Source: Azolla caroliniana (taxonomy: Eukaryota > Plantae > Polypodiophyta). Taken from it: 64,000 bases of DNA. Shown in pieces: positions 1 to 12,860 of the stretch. Every line of letters begins with the position of its first letter. The stretch's first letter is position 1. The notes beneath the pieces were generated by a model. That model ran no database searches. It was not told the origin of the DNA and saw only the letters and a list, made by a program, of their open reading frames with translations. A program made the position numbers and the translations under genes. Location of the stretch: assembly GCA_043228905.1 (NCBI GenBank), contig JBHGNT010000007.1, forward strand, positions 16,368,001 to 16,432,000, written 5' to 3'.

Positions 1-792
1 CGCGCCCTCGTCCTTGCCGCCCCTTTCGCCCGTATGTACAAGGGGCCCAAAAGAGGCACGAGACACGGCCCAGTTAACCGCGCCCGCGCACATGCACACA
101 CACATATTCACACCCGGTTACAACCGGCACCTCTATACCGGCAACCACGCATGCACCCGTTCTCGGACCCTACGCTAACCAGGAACACACACACACATAC
201 ATATGCGACGCCAGTTCCACACGGAGAGGAAGAGGGAGCCTGCATCCTAGGGCCGGTCGGGGAGCTCCAAGGCTCATTCGCGCGACTGGACCCTCATGCA
301 GGGCATGCCTCTTCTAGAACGACCACCTCTTGTCGCCAAGCCGCCTACGGGCACACGCCAAGGATGGAAACCTACCAACGAACCACCTAGCGCGCGGGCT
401 CGTCACAAGCGATAGAAGCAAACACCCACACACACGCAAACATATCGGGCCGTGGAGTGCTGAGAACCAACAAGCAGGAACTCAAGAAAGGCGCAGACAG
501 TCCGCACGCTACCTGCCACAACCGAACACACCGCCAACGCACGCACCGAGAGTACACCGAAATCCTAATAGAGAATAGAGACAACACACCCCAAGATGAA
601 GAGAAGATAGAAATTGACGTTATATACAGAAGTTTATTAACACCAAAATGGAACCCACGAATGGGGACCCTTTTACAAGGGGTGCACCCTCCCTTTTATA
701 GAACAAGGTGAGGGTCGCGTGACTATGTGGGATAAATCCCGACTTACATGGGATTCTCTGTCCCAAATTAACTCCTACTCGGTACCATAACA
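1..792 (-). mobile_element. Partial LTR of a probable minus-strand LTR retrotransposon (runs off window start)
   Basis: Minus strand starts TGTTATGGTACC at 792, is preceded by purine-rich AGGGGTGC (800-793) and has a TATAAAAGGG box near 691-700. No partner LTR in the window. Confidence 0.4.
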
Positions 793-900
793 GCACCCCT
801 ATTACCTACACCATTTGTACAAGGGTGAGTGCACATGCTCCACCACGCCGATACTTATGATATTCCCCGGTTTCTCACCATGGCCCGGAATCTTCACGAC

Positions 901-1379
901 ACCGGAAACCGGAGGAGACCCAACGAGAATCGGAAGATAGACATATCTGTAAATATGTTTTGAGCAAGCCTATTGAGGCTATATTTTTAAATAGCCCTAA
1001 GTTCATATAAGTATAAATATGACTTAGGGCAATCACTTTAGTGGTGTGTGTTGTTATTGTTGTTGTTATGTTGTTGTACAGAGAAAGAGTGATAGAGAGA
1101 CAATGTTAGATATAGAGCAATACTATGTTGTAACCGTCGGTTGGCGAAGAAACAAAGCTCGAAGTCCTTGCCTCTGAGTCTCTGATTGTACCCTCTGTTC
1201 TTCATAGTGATAGTTGGAGTCTGTGGGCTCCTGTGGTTTTCCCCATTCAGGGTTTTCCGCCTAAACATCCTGTGTACTCTCTTTTGTGTGTACGTTTATT
1301 CCCATTCCTGTGTTGCACTCTTATCAAAGTAATTCAAAATTTGGTCATGGCTGAGCAGTATTCCACACTATTCCTCTCA
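901..1379 (+). repeat. 5'-truncated 5' LTR of copia A
   Basis: Aligns with 5571-5930 plus 24383-24452; ends ...CTCTCA just before the PBS. Confidence 0.8.
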
Positions 1380-1382
1380 AAC

Positions 1383-1394
1383 TGGTATCAAAGC
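1383..1394 (+). promoter_or_regulatory. Primer-binding site (tRNA-iMet type) of copia A
   Basis: TGGTATCAAAGC, one mismatch from canonical TGGTATCAGAGC. Confidence 0.85.
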
Positions 1395-1408
1395 GAACAA
1401 CACAGGAA

Positions 1409-4400
1409 ATGGAAGAATCATTCGGCGGCATGTTCAAGCTCACTGGCTCCAACTACTCAATGTGGAAGTCGAAGATGAGGGATATGCTGGTGGTTAAAGA
1501 TCTTTAGTTTCCGATTGAGTTCGGGGACAAGAAATTGGATAAGATCGATGCCACCGTGTGGGAGGTGATGCACATGAAGACAACGACATACATCCGGTGC
1601 TTCATTGACATGAGCCTGTACAACAACTTCATTGAAGAGAGCAAGGCTTTTGAACTCTGGGAGAAGATCGACATCATGTTCTAGAACAAGATTGTCGTTA
1701 ATCGGGTTTCGGTATTGCCAAAGCTAGTGAGGTTCTGGTACCAGGACGGCTCCAGTATGGCGGAGCACATGAATGCCTTCTAGGGGCTGATACATCAAGC
1801 AACCTCGTTGGATGTAGCTCTCGCCAATGAGGTACTCGCATTGCCCCTGCTCGGTTCCCTCCTGGATAGCTAGGAGACGTTATTTGTCACGTTGGGCAAC
1901 ACCGGGCCGGAAGGAAAACAATTGTTCCTAGCAAGGGTACAATCAGGCTTGCTAAATGAAGAAGCTCGCCAGAAGGACCGGGAGGTCGGAACCGATCTGA
2001 AGGCCTTGGTCACGGAAGATGACCACAATCGAGGAAGAGGCCAGTATCGAAGTCCCCAAAACCGGGACAAATCGGGGAAGAGGTCGAAGTCAAAGGGGAG
2101 GCCCACGTGCTTCTATTGCGGGAAGCCAGGATACTCCCAGAAGAACTGCCGACATTTCCTGAAGGAGAAAGAAACTGACACTACCGATTCGAAGAAGAGT
2201 TCGGACCGAAATGGTTCTGACCGGAGAGGCCCGGATCGAAAGGGAACATCGGCAATCACGACAAGTGAAGAAGAATTGATGCTGCTTACTGAAGAGAATG
2301 AGTTAAACCTTGTTGGTGATGAGACAACGTGGGTTGTCGATTCCAGAGCGTCGTTCCACCTGACACCGGATCAGAAATGCTTCTCATCCTACACAACCGG
2401 TGATCATGGTTGTGCCCGAATGGGGAATGAAGGTACATGCAAAATTATTGGCATAGGAGATGTGTTGTTGACGAAATCAACCGGATGCAAATTGTTGTTG
2501 AAGGATGTCCGACACGTTTCGGAGGTTCGACTGAACCTGATATCAGTCAGTCGGCTAGATGATGAAGGCTACATGGGTAGCATCCCCAATGGAATTATGA
2601 AGTTCAGCAAGGGAAGCTTGATAGTGGCTCGAGCCCGGAAGATCAACACACTGTACTTGATGAATGCCTGGATATGCCAAGAAGAAGTGAACGTAGCATC
2701 TGACACTGCCGGTGAGTTGTGGCACAAAAGATTTTGTCACATGAGTGAGAAGGGGATGAAGAGGCTTGCTGAAGACAACCTCATTCCGGTGAAGGACATG
2801 TAAATTGAGAAATGCACCGATTGCTTGGCCGACAAGCAAAACCGAACCTCCTTCCAGTCAAGACCACTGATGAGACGGAATGCACCACTGGGGTTGGTGC
2901 ATACCGACGTGTGTCAAGTGGACACGAAGTCACATGCTGGATCGCAGTACTTCATGACGTTCATAGAAGACCACACTCGGAAGCTATGGGTCTCACTAGT
3001 GAAGACGAAGGATTAGGTGTTATCCGTCTTCAAGGAGCTCCACACAAGAGTGGAAAGAGAAACCGACCGGAAGCTGAAGGCGGTTCGAGCAGATAACGGA
3101 GGAGAATACCGGAGGCAGTTCGAGGAGTACTGTCAGTCGAAGGGAATCCGGCTCGAGTTTACAGTGTCGAAGACGCCGAAACTAAACGGGTTGGCCGAAA
3201 GGATGAACCGGACCATAATGGAGAGAGTCTGGAGCATGCTAGCACATGCAAAGTTACCCAAGACGTTTTGGGCCGAGGCACTGACGACGACGACCTATGT
3301 GATAAATAGATCACCCTCAGCACCCTTGGAAGGAGACTCACCTCAGAAAGTATGGACCAGTAAAGATGTATCTTATCAGCATCTGAAGGTGTTCGTGTGT
3401 CTCGCATATGTGCATGTTGCAAAGGACAAGAGAGCAAAGTTGGATCCTAAGTCCAGGCCATGCATATTCCTCGGATACGGCGATGATGAGTTCGGTTACT
3501 GGGTGTTGGATCTAGTCGACAAGAAGGTGTTCTAGAGTCGAGACATAGTCTTCATGGAAGACAAGACCATTGCCGACTGGGAGTCCGAGAAGAAGGTGAT
3601 GAACTCTGGATCATTCAATGAAAACCGGCTTGAGGACAAAAGGACTCATCCGGTTGAAAACCAGATGCTCGCCGGTAACCGGATGACACTCGACGAACCG
3701 GCCGGATATGGACAAGAAACCGAGCCGACCGAAGAAGAAGAAGAAGAAGAAGAAGAAGAAGACATCGGAACCAGACAAGATCCCGAATCGGATTCGGATT
3801 CGGAACAAACAAAGGAACCAGCAGTTAGAAACCAAGGATGGAGATATCCTCTCCGAGAGAGAAGAGCCCCCCGGAGATTTCCATATGTAGAGCATGTGTT
3901 GCTAACCAATGAGGGGGAGTCAGAAAGCTTCGAAGAAGCAAAGAGAGACACCCAGAACCACAAGTGGTTGAGTGTCATGCAAGATGAGATGGATTGCATG
4001 CATGAGAACCACACATATGAACTGACGGAGTTGCCGAAAGGGAAGAGAGCACTCTGGAACAAGTGGGTGACAAGTTGAAACCGGGAGATGCCGGAAACCC
4101 ACCTAGGTATAAGGCCCGAATTGTGGTGAAGGGCTTCCAGTAGAAGAAAGGAGTGGACTTCGATGAGATCTTTGCCCCAGTAATAAAAATGACATCCATC
4201 CGGATGGTATTGGGCATAGCGGTAAGCATGGAGCTTGAGGTAGAGCAACTGGATGTCAAGACGGCATTCCTACATGTCGACCTCAAAGAAGAGATCTACA
4301 TGTATCAACCGAAAGGATTTGAGAGGAAAGGGAAGGAGCACCTGGTGTGCCAGCTCAAGAAGAGCCTATACGGACTGAAGCAAGTTCCCCAACAATGGTA

Positions 4401-5479
4401 CCAGAAGTTCAACTCCTTCATGAGCAAAGGTACAACAAGACACAGGCCGATCACTGCGTGTTTGTGAAGAAATTTGATGGAGGAGATTTCCTGATAATCC
4501 TCCTATATGTGGATGATATGTTGATCGTCGGATGAGACCAAGGCAAGATTCGGATGCTGAAGAAGGCTCTGAACCAGACCTTCTCAATGAAAGACTTGGG
4601 GCGGGCAAGACAAATATTGGGAATGCACATCATCTGGGACCGGTCAAAGAAGCTGTTGTGGTTGTCATAGGAGAAGTATGTGACAAAGGTGCTTCAACAG
4701 TTCAACATGTTAGAGGCAAAACCGGTCGGATCGACTCTTCTGGCAAATTGCAAGCTATCTGGGAAACAAATCTCGAGGACAAAGGCAGAGAAGACGGATA
4801 TGATGAAGATACCATATGCCTCTGCCGTCGGGAGCTTGATGTACGCGATTGTATGTACCCGGCCGGATATTGAATATACAGTTGGAGTGGTGAGTCGGTT
4901 CATGAGCAATCCCGGAAGAGAGCATTGGAATGCAGTCAAGTGGATACTCCAATATTTGAAAGGCACCACGAGTGGTGCCTTCGGTTTGGCTTCGAAAAAC
5001 CCCAAGTCGATGGTTTCACGGATTCGGATATGTCAGTTGATGCAGATACTAGCCGGTTGACATCCAGATATGTCATGACTTATGTAGGGGGAGCTGTTTC
5101 GTGGCAATTGAGGCTGTAGAAGACGGTTGCATTATCAACCACGGAGGCGGAGTACATGACAGTTGTTGAAGCCGACAAGGAGATCATCTGGATGAAGGAC
5201 TTCATCGGAGAGCTAGGGATCCAACATGAGGAATATTGGCTCTATTGTGATAGTCAAAGCACCATCCACCTTGCAAAGAACGTGGCCTACCATTCTCGGA
5301 TGAAACATATCCAAAGGAGGTACCACTGGATCCGAGAGAGAGTAGAAGATCAAGAGTTCATGCTGACGAAGATCCACACAGAGGAGAACGGGTCAGATAT
5401 GCTGACCAAGGTGTTGACGATCGACAAGTTGGCAACATGCCGAGAGCGGATCGGACTGACGAGACATTGCATGCCGTAG
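1409..5479 (+). pseudogene. Degenerate Ty1/copia (Tnt1/Tork-like) gag-pol, copia A
   Basis: Gag (NYSMWKSKM), CFYCGKPG knuckle, protease WVVDS, GAG-pre-integrase LWHKRFCHMSEKG, integrase, RT (YVDD) and RNase H (DSQSTIHLAKN) in copia order. Many stops and frameshifts. PPT GAATGGGGAG at 5481-5490. Confidence 0.95.
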
Positions 5480-5492
5480 TGAATGGGGAGAT

Positions 5493-5930
5493 TGTTGGGA
5501 AATCGGTCCCTCCGGATGGGACCCGGTGATGAATGAAGAGGACCCGATGAGAACCAGAAGAGATGCAGAAACCGGAGAAGACCCGGTGAGAACCGGAAGA
5601 GAGACATATCTGTAAATATGTTTTGAGCAAGCCTATTGAGGCTATATTTGTAAATAGCCCTAAGTTCATATAAGTATATATATGACTTAGGGCAATCACT
5701 TTAGTGGTGTGTGTTGTTATTGTTGTTGTTATGTTGTTGTACAGAGAGAGAGTGACAGAGAGAGTGTGTGAGATATAGAGAAATACTCTGTTGTAACCGT
5801 CGGTTGGCGAAGAAACAAAGCTCGAGGTTGTTTCCTTCATAGTGATAGTTGGAGTCTGTGGGCTCCTGTGGTTTTTCCCATTTAGGGTTTTCCATGTAAA
5901 CATCCTGTGTACTCTCTTTTGTGTGTACGT
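5493..5930 (+). repeat. 3' LTR of copia A, left part (continues at 24383-24452)
   Basis: Starts TGTTGGG after the PPT and matches 901-1295. The missing LTR end (ATTCCCATTCC...GCAGTATTC) reappears at 24383. Confidence 0.85.
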
Positions 5931-6669
5931 TGTTGTGTGATTCTTCACACACTATGTAAAAAAATAATGAAATAATTATTTTAGATTAGATTAGTGGCTT
6001 GATATGGAAAGATAGGTGTCTTCAAGAGCTTTATAACCCATTTTACTACACATGAAACGGATAAATCAGTATCAAGTTATGTGAATAGAAAATTTGAGAA
6101 GAAAAGGAAAATAGAATTGTGATATATCCGACATAGATAGGAAACTTTAGGATCCATCTATATAAGCAGATTGAGAACCATTAGTTTTCATCTATGTGTT
6201 GAGAGCACAAAAGGAATGGTTGGACTTGGACCAATTTGTCTACATGGACAAATGTGGCTAAGGAATCGACAATTTGATGGAGCTGGCAACCGGAAACCGG
6301 ATAGAACCGGCAACAAAGTTGGGAACCGAAAACCGGCTGGAGACGTTAACCGGAAATTGGATGGAGTCGGCAAGTGGAAACCGGAGGATGAAGTTGGGAA
6401 TCAGAATTGGATGGCGACGGAACTGGCAATCGGCGACCTATCGGATGGAGCCGGTAACCGGCAACCGGACGGAGTCGGTAATTGCCAACTGGCAATCGGA
6501 CAAAGCCGACAATCGACAACCGGACGGCGATGAAATGGAAATCAGATGCGGACCGGACAGATCGGATGGACGATGGTCGAGAAGGACGGATGATAGGATC
6601 ATGCGGCGAATTAAAGTAAAGTGAAGTAAATGCGATGTGGACACATGCAACTTAAGTTGGAGGGCATGC

Positions 6670-6694
6670 GGGTGAAAGCATGCGAGTGGAAACA
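6670..6694 (+). repeat. Left terminal inverted repeat
   Basis: Reverse complement of 23629-23653 with one mismatch. Confidence 0.9.
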
Positions 6695-7022
6695 ATTAGC
6701 TATGTCCTTGACATAGCTAATTAGTTATGCAAAAAGCTACCATTGATAAATAGTCATTTTAGTAAAAAGCCATCATTAATAAATTAAGTATGCAAAAAAC
6801 TACCATTGAAAATACTAGAGTGTTTTAATTACATATGTAAATGAGTGCCATAAATGTGCAACATAAATTGATGTGTGCACCATAAATGTGTACCATAAAT
6901 TATATATCGAATTCCTAGGTCCATTATGCATGATCCTTTGCCACATCACGTAGGCCATCTCTAGTTGAGTATTGTGGGTTAGTTGCTACCACTGTTGCTA
7001 AACCCTATCGAGTCCACCTGTC

Positions 7023-7763
7023 GCCACTCTACATTGAGGGGCGCCGCTATTGTGCGTTCCAAGCATCATCAAAGAGCTGCTCAATCTGACGGGGTTCTCT
7101 TCTCTGTGACACTCTACACTCAGGGGCCACTACTGTGCATTCCAAGCATCATCAAAGAGTTGTTCAATCTGACGAGGTTCTCTTCTCTTTGCCACTCTAC
7201 ACTCAAGGGCCTTTACTGTGCGTTCCAAGCATCATCAAAGAGCTGTTCAATCTGACGGGGTTCTCTTCTCTGTGCCACTCTACACTCAGGGGCCGCTACT
7301 GTGCGTTCCAAGCATCATCAAAGAGTTGTTCAATCTGACGGGGTTCTCTTCTCTGTGCCACTCTACACTCAAGGGCCGCTACTGTGCGTTCCAAGCATCA
7401 TCAAAGAGCTATTCAATCTGATGGGGTTCTCTTCTCTGTGCCACTCTACACTCAGGGGCCGCTACTGTGCATTCCAAGCATCATCAAAGAGCTGTTCAAT
7501 CTGACGGGGTTCTCTTCTCTTTGCCACTCTACACTCAGGGGCCTTTACTGTGCGTTCCAAGCATCATCAAAGAGCTGTTCAATCTGACGGGGTTCTCTTC
7601 TCTGTGCCACTCTACACTCAGGGGCCGCTACTGTGCGTTCCAAGCATCATTGGTAACTGTTCAATCTGACGGGGTTCTCTTCTCTGTGCCACTCTACTCT
7701 CAGGTGCCTTCTATGTGCGTTCCAAGCATCATTGGTAACTGTTCAATCTGACGGGGTTCTCTC
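7023..7763. repeat. 83-bp tandem array, about 9 units (more degenerate copies to ~7940)
   Basis: Unit GCCACTCTACACTCAGGGGCCGCTACTGTGCGTTCCAAGCATCATCAAAGAGCTGTTCAATCTGACGGGGTTCTCTTCTCTGT; starts at 7023, 7108, 7191, 7274, 7357, 7440, 7523, 7606, 7688. Confidence 0.95.
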
Positions 7764-8106
7764 CTCCATTGCCATCATTCTATACTCAGTTGCCGCTACT
7801 GTCCAGTCCCGGATTGCTTCCACATTTCGATTTGACGGAGTTCACTCATCCAACGGCAACATTCTAGACTCAGTTGTTGCCATTGGTCGGTCTTGGATCG
7901 CCTCCTCAACTGTTCGATCCAACGAAGTGAACTCCTCTACTGTTTGGTCTTGGATTGCAATAACTTTTCTGTCTATTGATTATCTTGTGTATTGTTGTGT
8001 CTAATCTTGTGTATTGTGGAATATTTTTGTGTATTGTTGTTGCCCATAGCCATCTTAAATACTTGTTTTTTTTCTGGAAATTTAGGGTTTTAACATGTCC
8101 AGCCAA

Positions 8107-11100
8107 ATGGAAGGGGAAGAAGGGTGTTTAGAATTACCCCTCAATGATCATAAGGATAGGGATGATGCTATCAGGACACAACAAGCCATACGAAACTATT
8201 GGGCAGAAAAAAAAGGAAACATTGTCAATTGTTGAAGGATACGAAAGCCACACTCAGTAAAGGTAAGGATAGTTTAGCTGAGAATGTAAGTAATGCGACT
8301 ACCATCATAGAGAGAAAGGTTGTAGACTATTTCAATGTTCAAACCAAGCACATCAGCAATGAAGAAAAGAAGGTAGTACTTTATGGAATATGTAATGATC
8401 CATTGATAAAGGACTTGGTTGATTGTGATGGTCTTAATGCAAACATATCATCTATTTTAGTAAATAATCTTCGTAATAGTTTCGTATCCATGAGCAGGTC
8501 AGAAGATGATCTTGTCTTAAAAAGGTCTAGTCTAATGATGTTACTTAATAGTGATGTTGATGATATAAACATCAGTGAGCTATCTAAGGTAATTGGTATT
8601 AGTAGAAAAACAGTGTACAATACAATGAACCGTATAATTTCCTCGGGTGAAGGAACTAGTCTACTAAAGCTAACTACAAGATGTAAGCCAATGACACCCA
8701 TGACATTTGAAATCAAGGATGTAATCACAATGTTTTGGACTAATGAGAGTAGGGTTTCACCCAATAAAAAGGATTTATGCAGGAAACGTGTTGGAAGAAA
8801 TCAATACGAGGAGCATCCCATTCATGTTCTTGATGTACCTCAGGTATTTACATTTATCTCAACATTTGTTTTGACTCTACACGGAAAGTTAATTAGCTCA
8901 GTTAGCAGAAAAGCTAATTAGCTTATCAGTTACATTTACCTTAGTTAGCTACTAGGATAACTACTACATAGGTAACTGGCTACTCTCAATAGCTACTACC
9001 ATGATAGCTAATTAGCTATTCTCAATAGCTAATTTAGGTACTACCAGATAATTAGCTGTACTCGTAGCTAGTTAGCTATCATGGTAGCTAGTTAGCTATT
9101 TCGTTATTACCAGCTAATTAGCTACTAGGAAAGCTAATTAGCTACCATGATAGCTAATTAGCCACCGTGATAGCTAATTAGCTACTAGACCAGCTAATTT
9201 GCTACCATGATAGCTAATTAGTTAGGACAACTAATTAGCCACCATTATAGCTAATTAGCTACTAGACCAGCTAATTAGCTACCATGATAGCTAAGTAGCT
9301 ACTAGACCAGCTAATTAGCTACTAGGACAACTAATTAGCCACCATGATAGCTAATTAGCTACTAGACCAACTAATTAGCTACCATGATAGCTAATTAGCT
9401 ACTAGACCAGCTAATTAGCTACCATGATAGCTAATTAGTTACTAGGAAAGCTAATTAGCCACCATGATAGCTAATTAGCTACTAGACCAGCTAATTAGCT
9501 ACCATGATAGCTAATTAGCTACTAGGAAAGCTAATTAGCCACCATGATAGCTAATTAGCTACTAGACCAGCTAATTAGCTACCATGATAGCTAATTAGCT
9601 ACTAGACCAGCTAATTAGCTACCATGATAGCTAATTAGCTACTAGGACAGCTAATTAGCTACCATAATAGCTAATTAGCTACTAGAATAGCTAATTAGCT
9701 ACTAGAATAGCTAATATGCTACTAGAATAGCTAATTAGCTACTAGAATAGCTAATTAGCTACTAGAATAACTACTAGGATAGTTAGCTAGGTACGAGAAT
9801 AACTAATTCCCGTTTATTACGCAAGTCAATTTAGTTATTAGGTTCAAACGAATGCATCCAACTATCAAAGTTCAACTACGAACATTCGAGTCTCTTAAGC
9901 CACACTTTGTGAGACGCTTAAAGGATCGATACACATGTTGTTGCATTTACCATGTACAGATGGGTTTTCTGAAGGACTCTGTTAATCTACTACGTCACCA
10001 TAGCGCATCCCTAACTAATACAGTTTGCACATGTGGGTGCCCAATCTGTCGATCAAGCCCGCAAGAGGAGTGTAAATCATCTGAGCATGTTATCTCTTCC
10101 ATGAGTTATTTATTAGATTCAATATTGTGTCCGAGAGAAACTGACGTTATCTTCCATATTCATAAATGTGTCATGGGTTTATGTCAAGATTGTGGCCCTA
10201 CTAGATTTAGGTGGTGTCCAAATGAATTGAGTAGTAAAATATTGATCTCTGTGAAGTTCTTTGAGTCAGTGAACACCAATTTCGAAGGAAAGGTGTGTAA
10301 AAGAAAGGATCTAGTTCGGAAGATGCTTAAACCAAGGGATTTGGTGTCTCTGTTTGTAGTATCTCTAGGAAAGTTCATTAAACACAACTTCATTTATTCA
10401 TGGCAGGCCCATCAGTTTAAGACTTGCATATCTGATTTCCCAAATGATGTAGTAGTCTCAGTAGTAGATTTCGCAGAGAATTATACTTTCAAGCAGCAGA
10501 ATGAAATTCAATCTATGCATTGGTGTTCAGTTCAGGTAACCATTTTTGTGCACATAACATATTTTCGAGTTTCAGGTGATGTTAAAAAAGTAATTCATTT
10601 CTTTATTTCCGATGATAAGAAGCATGATACCTTGTTCGTCCAACACTGTTTTAAGTTACATTGGCAGTGGTTATTAGCTCAACGTTTGGAGCTTACTCAA
10701 CATTGGGTCTGGTCTGACGGAGCTGCGTCACAATTCAAGGCTCGACGTTCATTTTATTTTGTGGGGAGGTATCCTGCTATAACAGGTTTGGAGATGAGAT
10801 GGAATTTTTTTGGGTCTGGCCATGGTAAAGGTGAACATGATGGTGCAGGGGCTATTATAAAGCGGGCACTTACCCATGAACAACTAAAGATAGATGGTGT
10901 GCACATGAATTGTGCATCACATGTAGTTGAATTTTTAAGAACAAATATGTCAACGAGTGCAACAGATGTTTATTCCACGCAAGTCCGAGATATCAAACGT
11001 GAATTTTGGGAAGTGAAGATAGATGAAGTAAATAGGGAGAAGACCTGGGAGTGCCAAGGAATTCCCGAATTGCAATCTCTGCATGCTGTTCGCAGTTATT

Positions 11101-11632
11101 TCAGGTTGGATGGTCATTGTATTGCGGTTAGAGAATTGACTTGTTTTGCTTCCATTGTGTGCAGGGAAATTGGAGATATTGTCTAAACAAAGCATACATT
11201 CAGAATTGGGAGTATCACACTCTGAATGATAAGGAAGCAGTTGATGGAGAAACAGGGCAGAATGTTGACTTCACATATGAGGGACTTGGAGATACTTTGA
11301 GTGATGTCCTGAACGTTGGGGATAATTTCGCTGTAAATGCTGAAGAAGGCAATTCAGAGGGTGCTGATTTCTATATATTAAAGTGCACAGTTAGTAAACA
11401 GGGTGCAAGGCAGAATATTGTAGATGCATGGGGAAATTTTGTATCTGTCGGGACATTCTACATCGAAGGCATTTTTTATGCAAAACTAGATGACTACGAA
11501 TATGTGTACAGGCTGTTAGAAGACAAACCAGTGGCGTACATGTACTCTCATTTGGTCAGGTGCATCAACGTCCCATGTTCTCTTGTAAAACAAACATGTA
11601 TTTCGCGAAAACAGTTAAATAAATTCGTTTGA
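8107..11632 (+). pseudogene. Sola2-like DDE/D transposase, two exons (8107-8843, ~9825-11632), inactivated
   Basis: Motifs TCCCIYH, Cys-rich region, VDFAENY, ISDDKKHD, WSDGAASQFK, FFGSGHGKGEHDGAGAIIKR, C-terminal CFCFHC. Lesions: 1-nt frameshifts in the A-run near 8210 and T-run near 11145. Donor CAG|GT at 8844; the in-frame acceptor appears mutated (GCAA instead of GCAG at 9821-9824). Confidence 0.8.
8890..9795. repeat. Intronic satellite of palindromic TAGCTAATTAGCTA core (~20-bp units)
   Basis: Dozens of (T/C)AGCTAATTAGCTA cores separated by CCATGA/CTAGAC/CTAGGA linkers, filling the transposase intron. Confidence 0.95.
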
Positions 11633-12684
11633 GAATCAATTTCTTGTATACAGTTTGTTTTTTGTGCTTCTTTCTCAATAAAATCATGTCTTTTTTGTTA
11701 AGTTTTAAGTTATAAGTTATAGCGAAATAGTCATCAGTAGCTAATTAGTTGTACAAATGTAGCTAATTAGCTGTCAATAGCTAATTAGTCATCAATAGCA
11801 TGAAATCAACAATCTGCAACATATTCCTCAAATTACATAGTAGATAAGTACAATGGGAACAAGTAATTAAATTCTTCATTGAATAATGTCATCTCTTTAC
11901 ATATTTATAAATTACCATTGGAAATGTCTACAAATCTCCTATAAATAGCTAAGCTCTTGCTAGTCAATGGAATGAGTCTACATATATTATCCGCATATCG
12001 AGCTCGGTATGGAGTCCACAACCATGCACCTAGTTGGCAGCTCAATGTTTGCACCAGGTACTGTTCAAGCATTTCCTCAGGTAGAATGAGACAGCATCTC
12101 CGAATATTGAAGTAGTGCCGGAAATGTTCTGTATCCAAAATCAATGTATTGTCGGCATTATATTCAGGCCAAGTAGCCCAAAAATCAGAAAGTCTCTTGA
12201 ATCTTGCAGCTTCCATTTGCTCACAATTTTCTCGTGCCCATTGACCTTTAAAACGACTTCGCCATTTTGGGAAGAATCTTGCCAAACACTTCCACACATC
12301 TGATTTTGGTTTTTCACTCCAAATAAACAAATCAAAGTATTGCACAACCCACTCTAGAAACTGATTCGCGTCCCTCCTTGGTTGCATATATCTCACACAC
12401 ATATAGCTCCAAGATCAAGGCTCTTCTTTCGACTTCTAGTGGTTTTGGTTTCCATTCCTGAAACTGAGCCGCTGTTACACCATTTTCTGGTAAGATACGA
12501 TCAATCTCAATCAGCTCAGGTTCGGCCGACACAACTGGTGCCCTTTTCCTCTTCAAACCCCTAGTCGACTGTGTTGGGCCTGGCTTCACATTCTGGTGCT
12601 CTTGTTTTGTCGACTTAGTTATCAATCCTTGGATTACCTCGGTGCATGTAGCTACTGATCTGCTCGATATCAGTCCACTGGTAT

Positions 12685-12860
12685 CACATGCTGCATCTAC
12701 CTGCAACACCAAGTCATCCGTGCTACATGTTGCATCTACCTGCAACACCAAGTCATCTGTGCTACATGCTGCATCTACCTGCAACACCAAGTTATCCGTG
12801 CAACATGCTTGATCAACTTGTGTGACCAGATCACTTGTGCTAGTTGCTACATCTACTTTC
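12685..12860 (-). repeat. 39-bp coding repeat (13-aa unit DDLVLQVDAACST, 4-5 copies)
   Basis: Visible in ORF 12332..13027 and as TGCATCTACCTGCAACACCAAGT copies at 39-bp spacing. Confidence 0.9.

Noticed and set aside
3731-3760. (GAA)10 poly-Glu run
   Set aside because: A microsatellite expansion in the variable integrase-RT linker of a dead element.
6171-6624. ORFs of 116-120 aa
   Set aside because: They arise from degenerate AACCGG-rich repeats in the solo LTR.
6660-6669. Longer TIR beginning GAGGGCATGC
   Set aside because: The right end has no matching CCCTC; ATGC is better explained as a direct 4-bp TSD.
7023-7763. CRISPR-like or guide-RNA array
   Set aside because: Units are similar over their whole length with no unique spacers, and there are no cas-like genes; the overlapping 67-aa ORFs are repeat artefacts.
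9852-11632. Host gene, or CACTA/hAT/Mutator transposase
   Set aside because: It is enclosed by TIRs with a 4-bp TSD and GGG ends; there is no CACTA terminus and no 8-9-bp TSD.
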